Translations under genes and position numbers: made by a program
Shown: piece after piece, positions 35,825-45,720 of the stretch
How positions within the stretch are numbered: position 1 is the stretch's first letter
How the letters are laid out: each line of letters starts with the position of its first letter
Notes under the pieces: generated by a model
What the model was told of the DNA's origin: nothing
The model's input: only the letters and a program-made list of their open reading frames with translations
The model's database searches: none
Assembly (NCBI GenBank): GCA_026991555.1
Contig: JALXBI010000050.1
Location: 245 to 64,244, forward strand
Origin: Candidatus Aminicenantes bacterium
GTDB taxonomy: Bacteria > Acidobacteriota > Aminicenantia > S016-38
DNA: 64,000 nt
Direction: 5' to 3'

Positions 35825-36995
35825 TTCTTCTCGTGGCCCCCTTCAGCCTCTCAAGTATTTCCCTTCCCTTTTCCCCGGCCCAGGCCAATTTACCATCCAG
35901 GGCCTGGCTCATTATACTGGAAAGTTCATCCCTGGTTCGGAAAAGGAGGGCGCCTCCTTCCCTCAAAAATTCCTCGGCAAGGTCCCGGAAGTTTTCCATG
36001 TGGGGTCCAAAGGCAACAGGCGAAGAAAAGAAGGCAGGTTCCAGCAGGTTATGCCCGCCGTAGGGTCTAATACTGCCCCCTATGATAGAAAGGAGGGAAT
36101 TTCGGTAAAGGAGGGCAAGCTCTCCCATGGTATCAAGAATCATCACCTGCCAATTTCCTTCCTGGCCCTGGCTTCTTTTTATCGTAGAAAATCCCATGGA
36201 AACCGCCTCTGCGAAACTCTCCCCTGCCCTTTCGGGATGCCTCGGTGCTAAAACCAACCTTGCCCTTTCCCTAAACTTCCAGAAGGCACGCAGGACGAAT
36301 TTGTCCTCCTCCCTGTCCATGGTGCTTCCAGCTACCATATAAGGTCCGGGGATTTTAAAGGGAAGTTCTCCTTTAATCTCAAAATCCGCCTTCATATTTC
36401 CGGTTATGAATATTCTCTCTGCAGGGGCACCCAGTTCAAGAAACCTCTGATAATACTCCCTGTTTTGAACGCATATGGCGTCAAAACTGGAGATTACCCT
36501 TTTCATAAGGCTCCTTAATCTTCGATACCAGCGGAAACTCGCCGGAGAAATTCTGCCGTTTACAAGAAAAAGTTTCACCCCTTTCCTGTGAGCTCTCAGG
36601 ATGAAGTTGGGCCAGAGCTCCGTCTCGGCTATAACCACCCCATCGGGCTCCACCTCCTCCAGAAACCGCTCAACCACATGGGGAAAATCTAAGGGAAAAT
36701 AAAAAACAGGGTGGTTAGGAAATTTTCCCTTGGCCACCCTCATCCCGGTGGAAGTGGTGGTGGAGATGGCGAGTTCCAGATTCTTATCCTCCAGGGCTTT
36801 TACTAAGGGAGCTAAAGATAAAACCTCCCCCACGGAAACCCCGTGAAGCCATATTCTTTTCTGTTTCTTAGGCGGAAGTTCTGGAGGCCGGAATTTATCT
36901 TTTAAAACGAAGTCCTTTCCCTTAATCCTGCTTTTGAGATAAAAATAGGAAAGGGGGAAGGGAGAAAGCAGGTAGGTTGCTATTTCCAAAATCAC
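35796..36995 (-). CDS. waaA: 3-deoxy-D-manno-octulosonic acid (Kdo) transferase
   Basis: 399 aa. The N-terminal pattern and the WLHGVSVGE motif are typical of KdtA/WaaA. Confidence 0.85.
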   Translation of the reverse strand: MILEIATYLLSPFPLSYFYLKSRIKGKDFVLKDKFRPPELPPKKQKRIWLHGVSVGEVLSLAPLVKALEDKNLELAISTTTSTGMRVAKGKFPNHPVFYFPLDFPHVVERFLEEVEPDGVVIAETELWPNFILRAHRKGVKLFLVNGRISPASFRWYRRLRSLMKRVISSFDAICVQNREYYQRFLELGAPAERIFITGNMKADFEIKGELPFKIPGPYMVAGSTMDREEDKFVLRAFWKFRERARLVLAPRHPERAGESFAEAVSMGFSTIKRSQGQEGNWQVMILDTMGELALLYRNSLLSIIGGSIRPYGGHNLLEPAFFSSPVAFGPHMENFRDLAEEFLREGGALLFRTRDELSSIMSQALDGKLAWAGEKGREILERLKGATRRNAEIILQNI

Positions 36996-37017
36996 GGAAA
37001 AATTTTAACATATTAAC

Positions 37018-37857
37018 ATGATGGAAAAATTACTTGTGCGGATGCCCAACTGGCTGGGAGATTCGGTAATGTCCGTGGCTGCCCTGAGGCCCCTTTCCCG
37101 CAAATACGAACTTTACCTTCTGGGAAAACCATGGTTGGGGGAATTGTTCTACGGCGAGGAGTTTTTCAAAGGAATTTACCCCTACAGGTTTCTCCTCACC
37201 TGCACCCCCATTAAAAACCTGGGTCTTCTCCTCACCAATTCCTTCTCCTCAGCCCTGAACTTCCTCCTTTGTGGAGTCAAGGAAAGGATAGGTTATCAGA
37301 AGGATGGCAGGGGCTTTCTTCTGACCAAAAAAATAAAATGGACTGAGGAGCACCAGGTTCTGAGATACACCAGGCTGGCGGAATTTCTTCTGAAGGAAAG
37401 GATAAACCCTGAGGTGAAACTCAAACCACCGGTTCAGGAAAAGGAAATAGACGTGGTGCTGGTTCCAGGGGGCTCAAAATCATCCAGGAGATGGCCTGCT
37501 TCCCATTTCAGAAGACTTGGCAAAATGCTCCGGGAGAAAAGGCTTTCGGTCCTTTATGTTGGCTCTGAAAAGGAAAAGGAATTGCTTCAACAGGCCTCTG
37601 ATAATCTCCCCTTCTCCACCCCCGACATGCTGGGCCTGAAGGAAATCCTGGCCAGGGCAAGGCTGGTTCTGGGAAATGATACAGGTCCCATGCATTTAGC
37701 AGATGCCATGGGAACAAGGGTTCTGGTGATTTTCGGACCGGCCACTGATCCTGAAATAAATGCTCCCTGGAACCAGAGGGAAAACTATATAAGGACTGGA
37801 AAACTCGCCGGCCTTGAGCCCCAACAGGTGCTTGAAAAAGCCCTTGAGCTCTTGTGA
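37018..37857 (+). CDS. glycosyltransferase family 9 (LPS heptosyltransferase-like)
   Basis: LLVRMPNWLGDSVMSVAALRPL is the GT9 N-terminal signature. Confidence 0.75.
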   Translation: MMEKLLVRMPNWLGDSVMSVAALRPLSRKYELYLLGKPWLGELFYGEEFFKGIYPYRFLLTCTPIKNLGLLLTNSFSSALNFLLCGVKERIGYQKDGRGFLLTKKIKWTEEHQVLRYTRLAEFLLKERINPEVKLKPPVQEKEIDVVLVPGGSKSSRRWPASHFRRLGKMLREKRLSVLYVGSEKEKELLQQASDNLPFSTPDMLGLKEILARARLVLGNDTGPMHLADAMGTRVLVIFGPATDPEINAPWNQRENYIRTGKLAGLEPQQVLEKALELL

Positions 37858-37930
37858 CAAAATTTGTCAAATTTCGGTGCCATATTTTGTTAGCCCGAAA
37901 CCAGGGGGTATTTTATAGGCTCATCCAATT

Positions 37931-37946
37931 TGGCATGGTTTTTGCT
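37931..37946 (+). promoter_or_regulatory. sigma-54 promoter TGGCATGGTTTTTGCT upstream of pilA
   Basis: GG-N10-GC spacing with TGGCAT and TTGCT elements. Followed by RBS AAGGAGG and the ATG at 37983. Consistent with PilR-dependent pilin expression. Confidence 0.5.
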
Positions 37947-37982
37947 TTATAAAAAATGAAAAAAATTTAAAAGGAGGTTACG

Positions 37983-38438
37983 ATGAAAAGACAAAAGGGA
38001 TTCACCCTTATCGAGCTTTTGATCGTGGTGGCCATAATCGGAATTCTGGCTGCCATTCTAATACCCAATCTGCTGGTAGCTATCCAGAAATCCAAACAGA
38101 AATCCACCATGGCGGACCTGAGGAACATCGCCACCGCCGTGGAGGAATACAGGCTGGACAACAATGTTCCCCCGTCCTCTCTGGAACTGCTCACCCAGAA
38201 CAGCGGCTTCTACATCAAGGCGATAAAGACCATTGACGCCTGGGGACACACCTTTGATTATCAGGTTAACCAGGATGATTACTGGGTTGGTTCTCCTGGA
38301 AGGGACTCCGGATATACCGCCGGTCTTACTGGATGCTCTACCCTTTATGACCCTCCGTCTCAGCTTAGCGATTTTGACAACGATATAATCTTCTCTGACG
38401 GCCAGCTTATCTGCGGACCCAGGTCCAAGCAGCAGTAA
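37983..38438 (+). CDS. pilA: type IV pilin (prepilin with N-terminal methylation motif)
   Basis: MKRQKGFTLIELLIVVAIIGILAAI is the class-III signal peptide, with G|F cleavage and Glu at +5. Confidence 0.8.
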   Translation: MKRQKGFTLIELLIVVAIIGILAAILIPNLLVAIQKSKQKSTMADLRNIATAVEEYRLDNNVPPSSLELLTQNSGFYIKAIKTIDAWGHTFDYQVNQDDYWVGSPGRDSGYTAGLTGCSTLYDPPSQLSDFDNDIIFSDGQLICGPRSKQQ

Positions 38439-38462
38439 AGCTTAACTAACCGCAATTACCCT

Positions 38463-38492
38463 CCCCGCCCTGAAAAGGGCGGGGTTTTTTTA
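38463..38492 (+). terminator. rho-independent terminator after pilA
   Basis: Stem CCCCGCCC and GGGCGGGG around the loop tgaaaa, followed by a T7 tract. Confidence 0.7.
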
Positions 38493-38554
38493 TTTTTAAC
38501 CTTTCCCCTCCGAAATCGTAAAATTCTTTTAGAAAATACCGTAAGGAGGGTATT

Positions 38555-40714
38555 ATGAAAAAAATTCTGGTCTTTACCCTGGCTTTGGTGATGACAGTTT
38601 TCTCCTTGTTCGCTGATGAAGGAATGTTTCTCCCACAACGGATTTCCCCGGCCCTTTATTCCAGGATGAAAGCCATGGGCCTTGAGCTTTCTCCGGAACA
38701 AATATGGAAACAGGGAGGCCCTTCCCTCTCCCAGGCGGTGGTAAACCTTATGGGGGGAACCGGCTCCTTCGTCTCACCCAACGGCCTTATAGTTACAAAC
38801 CATCATGTGGCCTTTGGGGCTATTCAGCGCCAGAGCGCCAAAAGGGGAATTGACCTCATAAGGAAGGGTTTCCTGGCAAAAAACATGGCAGAGGAAATTC
38901 CGGCCCCGGGCTATAAGGCTTTAGTTCTTTTGAGAATGGACGATGTGACCCACAAGGTGCTAAAGGGCGTTATGAAGATAAAGGATCCCTACAAGAGATA
39001 TCTTCGCTTAGAGAAAAACAGGAAGAAAATCATTAAAAAATTCGAAAAACCTGGCTACCGCTGCGTTATCAGGAGTTTTTATGGAGGGGAAAAATATTAC
39101 CTTTTTACCTACTTAGAACTTAAGGACATAAGAATAGTGTATGTTCCTCCCTCCAGTATAGGAAACTATGGAGGGGAAATAGACAACTGGATGTGGCCAC
39201 GCCATACAGGGGATTTTTCCTTCCTCAGGGCCTATGTGGGACCTGACGGAAAACCCGCAGAGTATTCCCCCAAAAATGTTCCATACCACCCCATGGTTTA
39301 CCTTAAATTCTCGGCCAGGAACATAAATCCCGGGGATTTCATGTTCATCCTCGGATATCCTGGCTCCACTGAAAGATACATGCCCAGCTTCTATGCGGAG
39401 TTCATGGAAAAGGAGTTTTATCCCCAAAGGATAAAATTTCTCGAGGGATGGATAAAAATTCTGGAACAGGGCTCCCGCAGGAGCAAAATTGCTGAACTTA
39501 AAAATGCCGGCATACTCAAGGGATTAAACAATGCCATAAAAAACTGGAGAGGACAGCTTCAGGGATTCAAAAAATTGCATGTGGTGGAGAAGAAAAGGGC
39601 CCTGGAGGCGAAGATTCAAAGGGCTTTAGAGAAGAACCCGGAACTTCGGGCAAAATACGGGGATGTCTTTCCCCGTTACAAACGATACTTCGAGAAGGCC
39701 AAAAACCTATCCATGAAGTCCTTCTATTCCGGATGGTTTCCCTATGGCTCCCGCCTCCTTGCCTCTGCCATAGAAATAGTCTACTGGACCAGGGAAAGGC
39801 TCAAGAAGGACATAGACAGAAAGCCCGGATACATGGACAGGGACAGGGAAAACCATATTATCAGGCTAAAAATGGTGGATATGGCCTACGAACCCTGGAC
39901 AGATAGGCAGGTGCTTAAATACTTTATCCTCCAGCAAGGAAAGGTCCCACCTAAATACAGGCTTAAAGCCCTGGAAAGGCTGCTCAATGGAGATTACTCC
40001 GAAAAAAATGTTGACGCTTTCCTGGACAAGCTTTACAAAAACACCAGGCTGGGGGATCTCAAGTTCCGTTTGAAACTCTTCAATTCCCCATACAAAAAAA
40101 TCGTAAAATGCAGGGACCCCTTCATTAAATTGGCCCTGGAGCTGGTTCCTGAAATGGACAGGATGGAAAGGCAGGCCAAGGCCCTTGCCGGTGAGGCTCT
40201 GGAGTTTCTCCCTAAATATTACGCCCTGTGGAGAGCGGTTTTCGGAAGCGAATTTATGTATCCCGATGCCAATGGGACCCTCAGGCTCACCTACGGCACA
40301 GTAAAGGGGTATTCCCCAAGGGATGCGGTATTCTACCTGCCCCAGACCACCCTTACCGGGGTTATGGAAAAGGAAACTGGAAAGGAACCCTTTATAGTGC
40401 CGAAAAAACTAAAGGAACTCTGGCAGAGGAAGGACTTCGGTTCATACGAAGACCCGGAACTGAAAGATGTGCCCGTGGACTTTCTAACCACCCATGACAC
40501 TACCGGGGGAAATTCAGGTTCGCCGGTGCTTAACGGAAAGGGAGAACTGGTGGGTCTTCTCTTTGACGGAAATCTTGAAAGCGTTGTGAGCGATTATTAT
40601 TTCTGGTCCCCCATTACCCGTTCCATTTCCGTAGATAGCAGATATGTTCTCTTTATAACAGATAAATTCCAGGGAGCCGAAAGGATTCTTAAGGAGCTTA
40701 AAATAGTCAGGTGA
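38555..40714 (+). CDS. S46-family serine peptidase (dipeptidyl-peptidase 7/11-like), secreted
   Basis: Signal peptide. Catalytic His in VTNHHVAFG. Ser in GGNSGSPVLN. Confidence 0.75.
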   Translation: MKKILVFTLALVMTVFSLFADEGMFLPQRISPALYSRMKAMGLELSPEQIWKQGGPSLSQAVVNLMGGTGSFVSPNGLIVTNHHVAFGAIQRQSAKRGIDLIRKGFLAKNMAEEIPAPGYKALVLLRMDDVTHKVLKGVMKIKDPYKRYLRLEKNRKKIIKKFEKPGYRCVIRSFYGGEKYYLFTYLELKDIRIVYVPPSSIGNYGGEIDNWMWPRHTGDFSFLRAYVGPDGKPAEYSPKNVPYHPMVYLKFSARNINPGDFMFILGYPGSTERYMPSFYAEFMEKEFYPQRIKFLEGWIKILEQGSRRSKIAELKNAGILKGLNNAIKNWRGQLQGFKKLHVVEKKRALEAKIQRALEKNPELRAKYGDVFPRYKRYFEKAKNLSMKSFYSGWFPYGSRLLASAIEIVYWTRERLKKDIDRKPGYMDRDRENHIIRLKMVDMAYEPWTDRQVLKYFILQQGKVPPKYRLKALERLLNGDYSEKNVDAFLDKLYKNTRLGDLKFRLKLFNSPYKKIVKCRDPFIKLALELVPEMDRMERQAKALAGEALEFLPKYYALWRAVFGSEFMYPDANGTLRLTYGTVKGYSPRDAVFYLPQTTLTGVMEKETGKEPFIVPKKLKELWQRKDFGSYEDPELKDVPVDFLTTHDTTGGNSGSPVLNGKGELVGLLFDGNLESVVSDYYFWSPITRSISVDSRYVLFITDKFQGAERILKELKIVR

Positions 40715-41560
40715 TTACTTCACGCAGAAAAACACCTGATAAAAGGCAGCAGCCAGTTCTCGCTTGTCCGGGCTACCCTTGCTGACCTGGGCGGGGACGA
40801 AGCTTTTGTCCGCTTCAAAACGGATTATAAACTCGTCCCCGCTCCCCATAAGGTCAGGGGTTATGGTAAAAAGCCTCTGAAACTGAGGGCGGGTTATTTC
40901 ACCTATAAGGTGGTCGTTTATAAATACTCTTATTTTCTGGTGGGGTAAGTATTTTTCGGGGAAAAAGCCCTTAACATAGAGCAGGGAAGTTTTTCTCGGA
41001 TTTTCCACCCTGCAAATTGCGGTCTTGGCCATCCATCTCCAGGTTCTGCCGGAGCTATCGGCTTCCTCGTTATACCATCCCTTAGCATATATTTTCTGAG
41101 GCAGCATTTCAGGGTTTATCTTTATGCTTATAGGCTTTTTTAAAACCTCTATCTTGTCACCGGTCTTAGGATTGAAGAACCCAACGGAAAAATCAACCTT
41201 AAAACTATCCCCGCTTATTTCCTCCACATATTCCGGGAAAACAAGAAGTCTCTCGTAGGATATTTCCTCTCCGGGCTTCCACTGGGAGAAAGCCACCGGG
41301 GGTTTATGGTCATCAATGAGATACATAGTCTTGGCTTTCCCATCCCAGAAATGCACATAAACCCAGTAATCATTTTTAAGGGAAAAACCCTTCTGGGGCA
41401 TCCAGGTGTATTTCATCCTGACCACATACGCATCCCTGAGCTGCGGAGGGTCAAAGCTTATATTAAGATTCACAGGAACTCTCTTGCCTCTTTTACTGCC
41501 ACAGAACGGAAGTAAAAACATAACCAAAAGTATTAACGCCAGAACAGTTATTTTCCTCAA
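40715..41560 (-). CDS. hypothetical lipoprotein
   Basis: Signal peptide with a lipobox-like LPFCGS. Confidence 0.35.
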   Translation of the reverse strand: MRKITVLALILLVMFLLPFCGSKRGKRVPVNLNISFDPPQLRDAYVVRMKYTWMPQKGFSLKNDYWVYVHFWDGKAKTMYLIDDHKPPVAFSQWKPGEEISYERLLVFPEYVEEISGDSFKVDFSVGFFNPKTGDKIEVLKKPISIKINPEMLPQKIYAKGWYNEEADSSGRTWRWMAKTAICRVENPRKTSLLYVKGFFPEKYLPHQKIRVFINDHLIGEITRPQFQRLFTITPDLMGSGDEFIIRFEADKSFVPAQVSKGSPDKRELAAAFYQVFFCVK

Positions 41561-41572
41561 TTTTCTCCTCCT

Positions 41573-42289
41573 TTAAAGGGTTATCTCAAGGGATGTTATA
41601 AGAATTATATCATTTTTCTTAAGGGTAGCTAAGGGAGGCTGGTTATTATACCTCTCCGTAAGGGAAAAATTTAACCATAAGGGTTTTTTCATGAGAAATT
41701 TCATGGAGGCCTCTCCCTCAAATCTGAAATCCCCGGGATCAAGAAGCGAGGGGGTGTAAAGGGCAGCTAAGGAAAATTGCGCCCCCGAATCCATTTTTCT
41801 CCTGAGATTCATGGCAAGGGCCAGTCTCCTGGTTTTCTTTACCGAAGTTTTAGTAAAATAAGCCTCGTATTCCTCGGAATAGGATGCAGAGAAGGAGACT
41901 TTCTTTATGGATTTCACTTCCATGGAGTAATTAAGCCCAAGGCTGAAATCCACCCTTCCCTGTATGTCCGCCATTTTGTCAAAGAAATAGGAAGCGGAGG
42001 AAATAAGTTTCCACCTCCCGAACACCGGTTTTTCTGTAGAGAAAGTCAGATTTCCCTGGTTGGTATCAACCTCCTTCTCACCTCTACCGTAAATGTAGTT
42101 GCTGGATATTATGAATCCGGCATCCTTCCTCAGGAATTTTATGATTCCTTTTCCGTAAAACCTGGTATAGTTAGAATTACCCCGGCTAAGGGAAAGCCCT
42201 GCGGAGAAATCAAAGGTATTGTCCTGGGGAAATAAGGAATAAAGGAGAAGGGACAGGACAAGTAATCTTACCGTTGCTCCTTTCATCAT
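41573..42289 (-). CDS. hypothetical outer-membrane beta-barrel protein (DUF481-like?)
   Basis: Signal peptide, beta-strand periodicity. Confidence 0.3.
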   Translation of the reverse strand: MMKGATVRLLVLSLLLYSLFPQDNTFDFSAGLSLSRGNSNYTRFYGKGIIKFLRKDAGFIISSNYIYGRGEKEVDTNQGNLTFSTEKPVFGRWKLISSASYFFDKMADIQGRVDFSLGLNYSMEVKSIKKVSFSASYSEEYEAYFTKTSVKKTRRLALAMNLRRKMDSGAQFSLAALYTPSLLDPGDFRFEGEASMKFLMKKPLWLNFSLTERYNNQPPLATLKKNDIILITSLEITL

Positions 42290-42323
42290 TAGAAATTATA
42301 ATTAACCCCAGGAGAAAAACAAA

Positions 42324-43361
42324 ATGGGTTTTTTAGAAGAGCTAAAAGCCGGAAGAGTAAGTGAAGACATCAAGGAGCTTGCGGCTGAGGGTGCTATACC
42401 CCTCTCCCCCAAGGAACAATTTGAGGTTCTTGCCCTCCTTCTGAAGGACCCATCCGGCAAAATCTCCGACAGAGCATTTAACACATTGATTTCCCTTCCC
42501 CCATCCACCATAAAATCCTATTTAAGCAGCAGGGAAGCTTCCTGGGAGCTCCTCCATTTCTACGCTGAATGGGCCCTGGAGGAGAAGGATTATCAACTTA
42601 TAGAGACCATCGTCAGGAATCCCTCAGTAAAGGATGAAACCCTACTTTTCCTTGCGGAAAACGGCGACGAAAGGATAACCGAATTGGTAGCTTCAAACCA
42701 GGTCAGAGTTATGTCCAATCCCAACCTGATAAAAGCTCTCCTCAACAATTCACATTCCCCTGTGAGAGTCAAAGCCTTAATGGAAGAGTGGAGAAGGCTT
42801 TACTACAGCACCGGAGAGGAAAAGGCTGTTGAGCAGGTGGAAACTATGCTTGAAGAGCTGGAGGAGATTGAGGAGCTGGAAGAAATTGACGAATTGGAAG
42901 AGGTTTTAGAAGGAAGAGAGCCTGCCGAAAAAAACATATATACCCTGACATGGAACGAGATAAAAAACCTGCCCATTCCTGCCAAGGTTAAACTGGCTCT
43001 GATGGGTTCAAAAATGCATAGGGCCATTCTCATAAGGGATAACAACAAAATAGTTGTTGATGCGGTGCTGGAAAGTCCCAAACTCACTGAAAACGAAATA
43101 GCCATATATGCCAAGATGAAGTCCCTTTCCCAGGATGTGATAAGGAAGATCGCCTCCTCCCGGGAATGGACAAAGCACTATTCGGTAGTTCTTAACCTGG
43201 TCAGGAACCCCAAAACTCCCCTTCCCATAGCAATAGGTTTTCTCTCAAGGCTCAGGGAAAAGGACCTGAGGGAAATAGCCCGGAGCCGGGAGGTTCCCGA
43301 CCCGGTAAGGAGAGAAGCCCAGAAAATACTGACGCGAAAGGAAAAACAGAAGAAGATATAA
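42324..43361 (+). CDS. hypothetical helical-repeat protein with an acidic EELEEIEELEEIDELEE tract
   Basis: Predicted alpha-helical repeats. No known family recognised. Confidence 0.35.
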   Translation: MGFLEELKAGRVSEDIKELAAEGAIPLSPKEQFEVLALLLKDPSGKISDRAFNTLISLPPSTIKSYLSSREASWELLHFYAEWALEEKDYQLIETIVRNPSVKDETLLFLAENGDERITELVASNQVRVMSNPNLIKALLNNSHSPVRVKALMEEWRRLYYSTGEEKAVEQVETMLEELEEIEELEEIDELEEVLEGREPAEKNIYTLTWNEIKNLPIPAKVKLALMGSKMHRAILIRDNNKIVVDAVLESPKLTENEIAIYAKMKSLSQDVIRKIASSREWTKHYSVVLNLVRNPKTPLPIAIGFLSRLREKDLREIARSREVPDPVRREAQKILTRKEKQKKI

Positions 43362-43855
43362 TGCTTGTTTTTTTGCTAATCCTGAACATACTTTACAATA
43401 CCCACTCTGCGGTTTGCCAGTTTGCTGAAACCGTAAAGGTCCAGGGGGATGTGTTAAAGGAGCATGGTTATTTTTACTTCAAAAGGGGCGAGGGGATAAG
43501 GTGGGATTATATTGGGCAAGAGAAAAAAATCTTTCTCCTGGCCAGGGGGAAAATGTGGGAATACCATCCTAAGGAAGGCTTTTTCAGAACTTACGAGATA
43601 AGAAGGAGTTTCTGGGAGCTCCTGCAGGACCCAGGGAAATGGAAGGAGATAGTTAAGGAAGTGCAGGGGAAAAACGGAAAATTTTTCGTAAAACTTAAAG
43701 GAGGAGAGGAGATTTTGATGGAAGTAAAAAAGAACAGGATCAGAAAAATTTCCTTTGAGGATACAAGTTTTGAATTTCATAATTGCCGATATAACATTTC
43801 CCTGCCCTCTTCCCTTTTTAATCCAACCTTTCTCTCCCGGGTTCGTAAAAAATAA
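43361..43855 (+). CDS. LolA-like periplasmic lipoprotein-carrier-fold protein
   Basis: FKRGEGIRWDYIGQEKKIFLLARGKMWEYHPKE matches the LolA FRW.Y...G..W.Y core. Confidence 0.45.
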   Translation: MLVFLLILNILYNTHSAVCQFAETVKVQGDVLKEHGYFYFKRGEGIRWDYIGQEKKIFLLARGKMWEYHPKEGFFRTYEIRRSFWELLQDPGKWKEIVKEVQGKNGKFFVKLKGGEEILMEVKKNRIRKISFEDTSFEFHNCRYNISLPSSLFNPTFLSRVRKK

Positions 43856-44418
43856 TGGATGAAAAGGAACTGGCTTTAAGGGCAAAAAATGGAGACAAGG
43901 AGGCTTTTGAGATGCTGGTAAGAAGATATCAAAAAGGACTTTACAACTATATATACAGGCTCACCGGAGAGAGGGAGTTAGCGGTGGACTTCACCCAGGA
44001 AGCTTTCCTGAGGGCCTACACTTCCATGAAAAAATATAACCCTTCCTATCATTTTTCCACCTGGCTCTGGAGGATAGCCCACAACTTAGTGGTGGACCAT
44101 TTCAGAAAGGGAAAACTGAATACCGTTTCCCTTCAAATGGGAGAAGAGGGGGAGGAAGTAGAATATGATGTGGAAAGCAATGAGCGCGGACCCTTTGAAA
44201 ATCAGCTTAATCGGGAGAGAAAGAGGATAATCATGCAGGCCCTGGAAAAATTACCTCCCACCCTGAAGGAACTCATTATTTTACGGCATTTCAACGAGCT
44301 TTCCTATCAGGAAATTTCAGAGGTTACCGGTATGCCCTTTCATGAGGTAAAGAGCAAATTATATAGGGCAAGGGAAAAATTAAGAGCACTTCTGGAGGCT
44401 TATCGTGAAGCATTATAA
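43855..44418 (+). CDS. ECF-subfamily RNA polymerase sigma factor
   Basis: Sigma-70 regions 2 and 4 (FLRAY, HFNELSYQEISEVTGMP). Confidence 0.85.
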   Translation: MDEKELALRAKNGDKEAFEMLVRRYQKGLYNYIYRLTGERELAVDFTQEAFLRAYTSMKKYNPSYHFSTWLWRIAHNLVVDHFRKGKLNTVSLQMGEEGEEVEYDVESNERGPFENQLNRERKRIIMQALEKLPPTLKELIILRHFNELSYQEISEVTGMPFHEVKSKLYRAREKLRALLEAYREAL

Positions 44419-44875
44419 CTACGAAGAAATCTATCTCTACCTGGATGGCGAAATGTCTCCCATGGAAAGGAGTCTTTTTGAGGACCACATTTTAGTATGT
44501 GAGGAATGCGCAGAAAAACTGCAAAGGGCTAAAGCCCTCTTTCAGGGGATAAAACTGGAGGAAGAGAACCCTCCCGTGGATATAGCCTCTCTGGTTATGG
44601 CGAAAATAGATAAGAAAAGGAAGCTTCTGCCGGTAATCTACGGGATTTTCATATTATTGATTGCCCTCCTGACCGTTCCAGTATTCTTCGGTCTGGACAG
44701 AGCCATATTTTTCTATTACATAATCTTTGATTCTTTAAACAGAGTTTACCTTGTATCTAAGGCTGGACTTTCATATTTGTTTTCCCTTAAAATTCCAGCC
44801 TGGGTGTTTGTGGGGGCAGGGTTGATGCTATTTCCTGTATACTTTGCCCTTCGCAAAATATGGAGGAATACATGA
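44405..44875 (+). CDS. anti-sigma factor (zf-HC2 type) with TM segments
   Basis: HILVCEECAEKL zinc-finger motif directly downstream of the ECF sigma gene, overlapping it by 14 nt. Confidence 0.6.
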   Translation: MKHYNYEEIYLYLDGEMSPMERSLFEDHILVCEECAEKLQRAKALFQGIKLEEENPPVDIASLVMAKIDKKRKLLPVIYGIFILLIALLTVPVFFGLDRAIFFYYIIFDSLNRVYLVSKAGLSYLFSLKIPAWVFVGAGLMLFPVYFALRKIWRNT

Positions 44876-45720
44876 GGAAAACACTGATTTTTCTCCTCTT
44901 AGTTTTTTCTCTGGCCGCTTCCATAAAGGTGGAAAAGGGGGAGGTAAAAAACGGAGATGTGGTTTGCATAGGCGATACCGCTGTGGTGGAGGGTAAAATA
45001 AACGGGGATTTAGTTGCCATAAAATGCGACCTCACCTTTTCCGGTAAGGTGAACGGAGACCTCATAGCTATATTCTCAAAGGTTAAAGCAGAAGAAGGGA
45101 CAAGGGTTAATGGGGATCTGGTGGAGATTTTCTCCAGCGGAAATACTTCTGCGATAAAGGTGAACGGTTCCAGGGTAGGCATGACAGGGGGACCCGGAAG
45201 AAGCTTCCTGCACAAGCCAAAATTCATTCACATAACAGGGACAGGGAATTTCTTTGACAGCTACAAATTCGTGTCCTACCTGATCCTGTGGGGAATTCTT
45301 TCCCTACTTATTTTTCTCCTCTTTCAGAAAAACGTAATGTTAGCAGCTTCATCCCTTCTTAACCGGCCCTTTAATCACTGGCTCAGGGGGCTGCTCATCT
45401 TCATTGTTCTTATTATCCTCCTGATAATATTCGCCATCCTCAGTGCCATAATTATAGGGATTCCCTTTCTTATAATTGTGGTCTTCCTGATTATTGGAGC
45501 CATACTCTTCGGCTACACTTCCATCTTTTACGCCGTAGGCAATCTCATACTCAACAGCGAAGTTCACCCGGTGTATTCCGTCCTTCTGGGGATGGTTATG
45601 TTTTCCTTCGTAAAATCCCTCTACTTAGTGGGTTCCATTCTGAGCCTGATCATGATTCCCTTAGCCTTCGGCATCACCCACTCCACCTCCTTTGGCAGAA
45701 AACTCCCTCCCTCAGAATGA
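44860..45720 (+). CDS. membrane protein with bactofilin-like V-x-GD repeats
   Basis: Repeated VNGDLVAI, VNGDLIAI and VNGDLVEI units. C-terminal polytopic region. Confidence 0.45.
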   Translation: MEEYMRKTLIFLLLVFSLAASIKVEKGEVKNGDVVCIGDTAVVEGKINGDLVAIKCDLTFSGKVNGDLIAIFSKVKAEEGTRVNGDLVEIFSSGNTSAIKVNGSRVGMTGGPGRSFLHKPKFIHITGTGNFFDSYKFVSYLILWGILSLLIFLLFQKNVMLAASSLLNRPFNHWLRGLLIFIVLIILLIIFAILSAIIIGIPFLIIVVFLIIGAILFGYTSIFYAVGNLILNSEVHPVYSVLLGMVMFSFVKSLYLVGSILSLIMIPLAFGITHSTSFGRKLPPSE

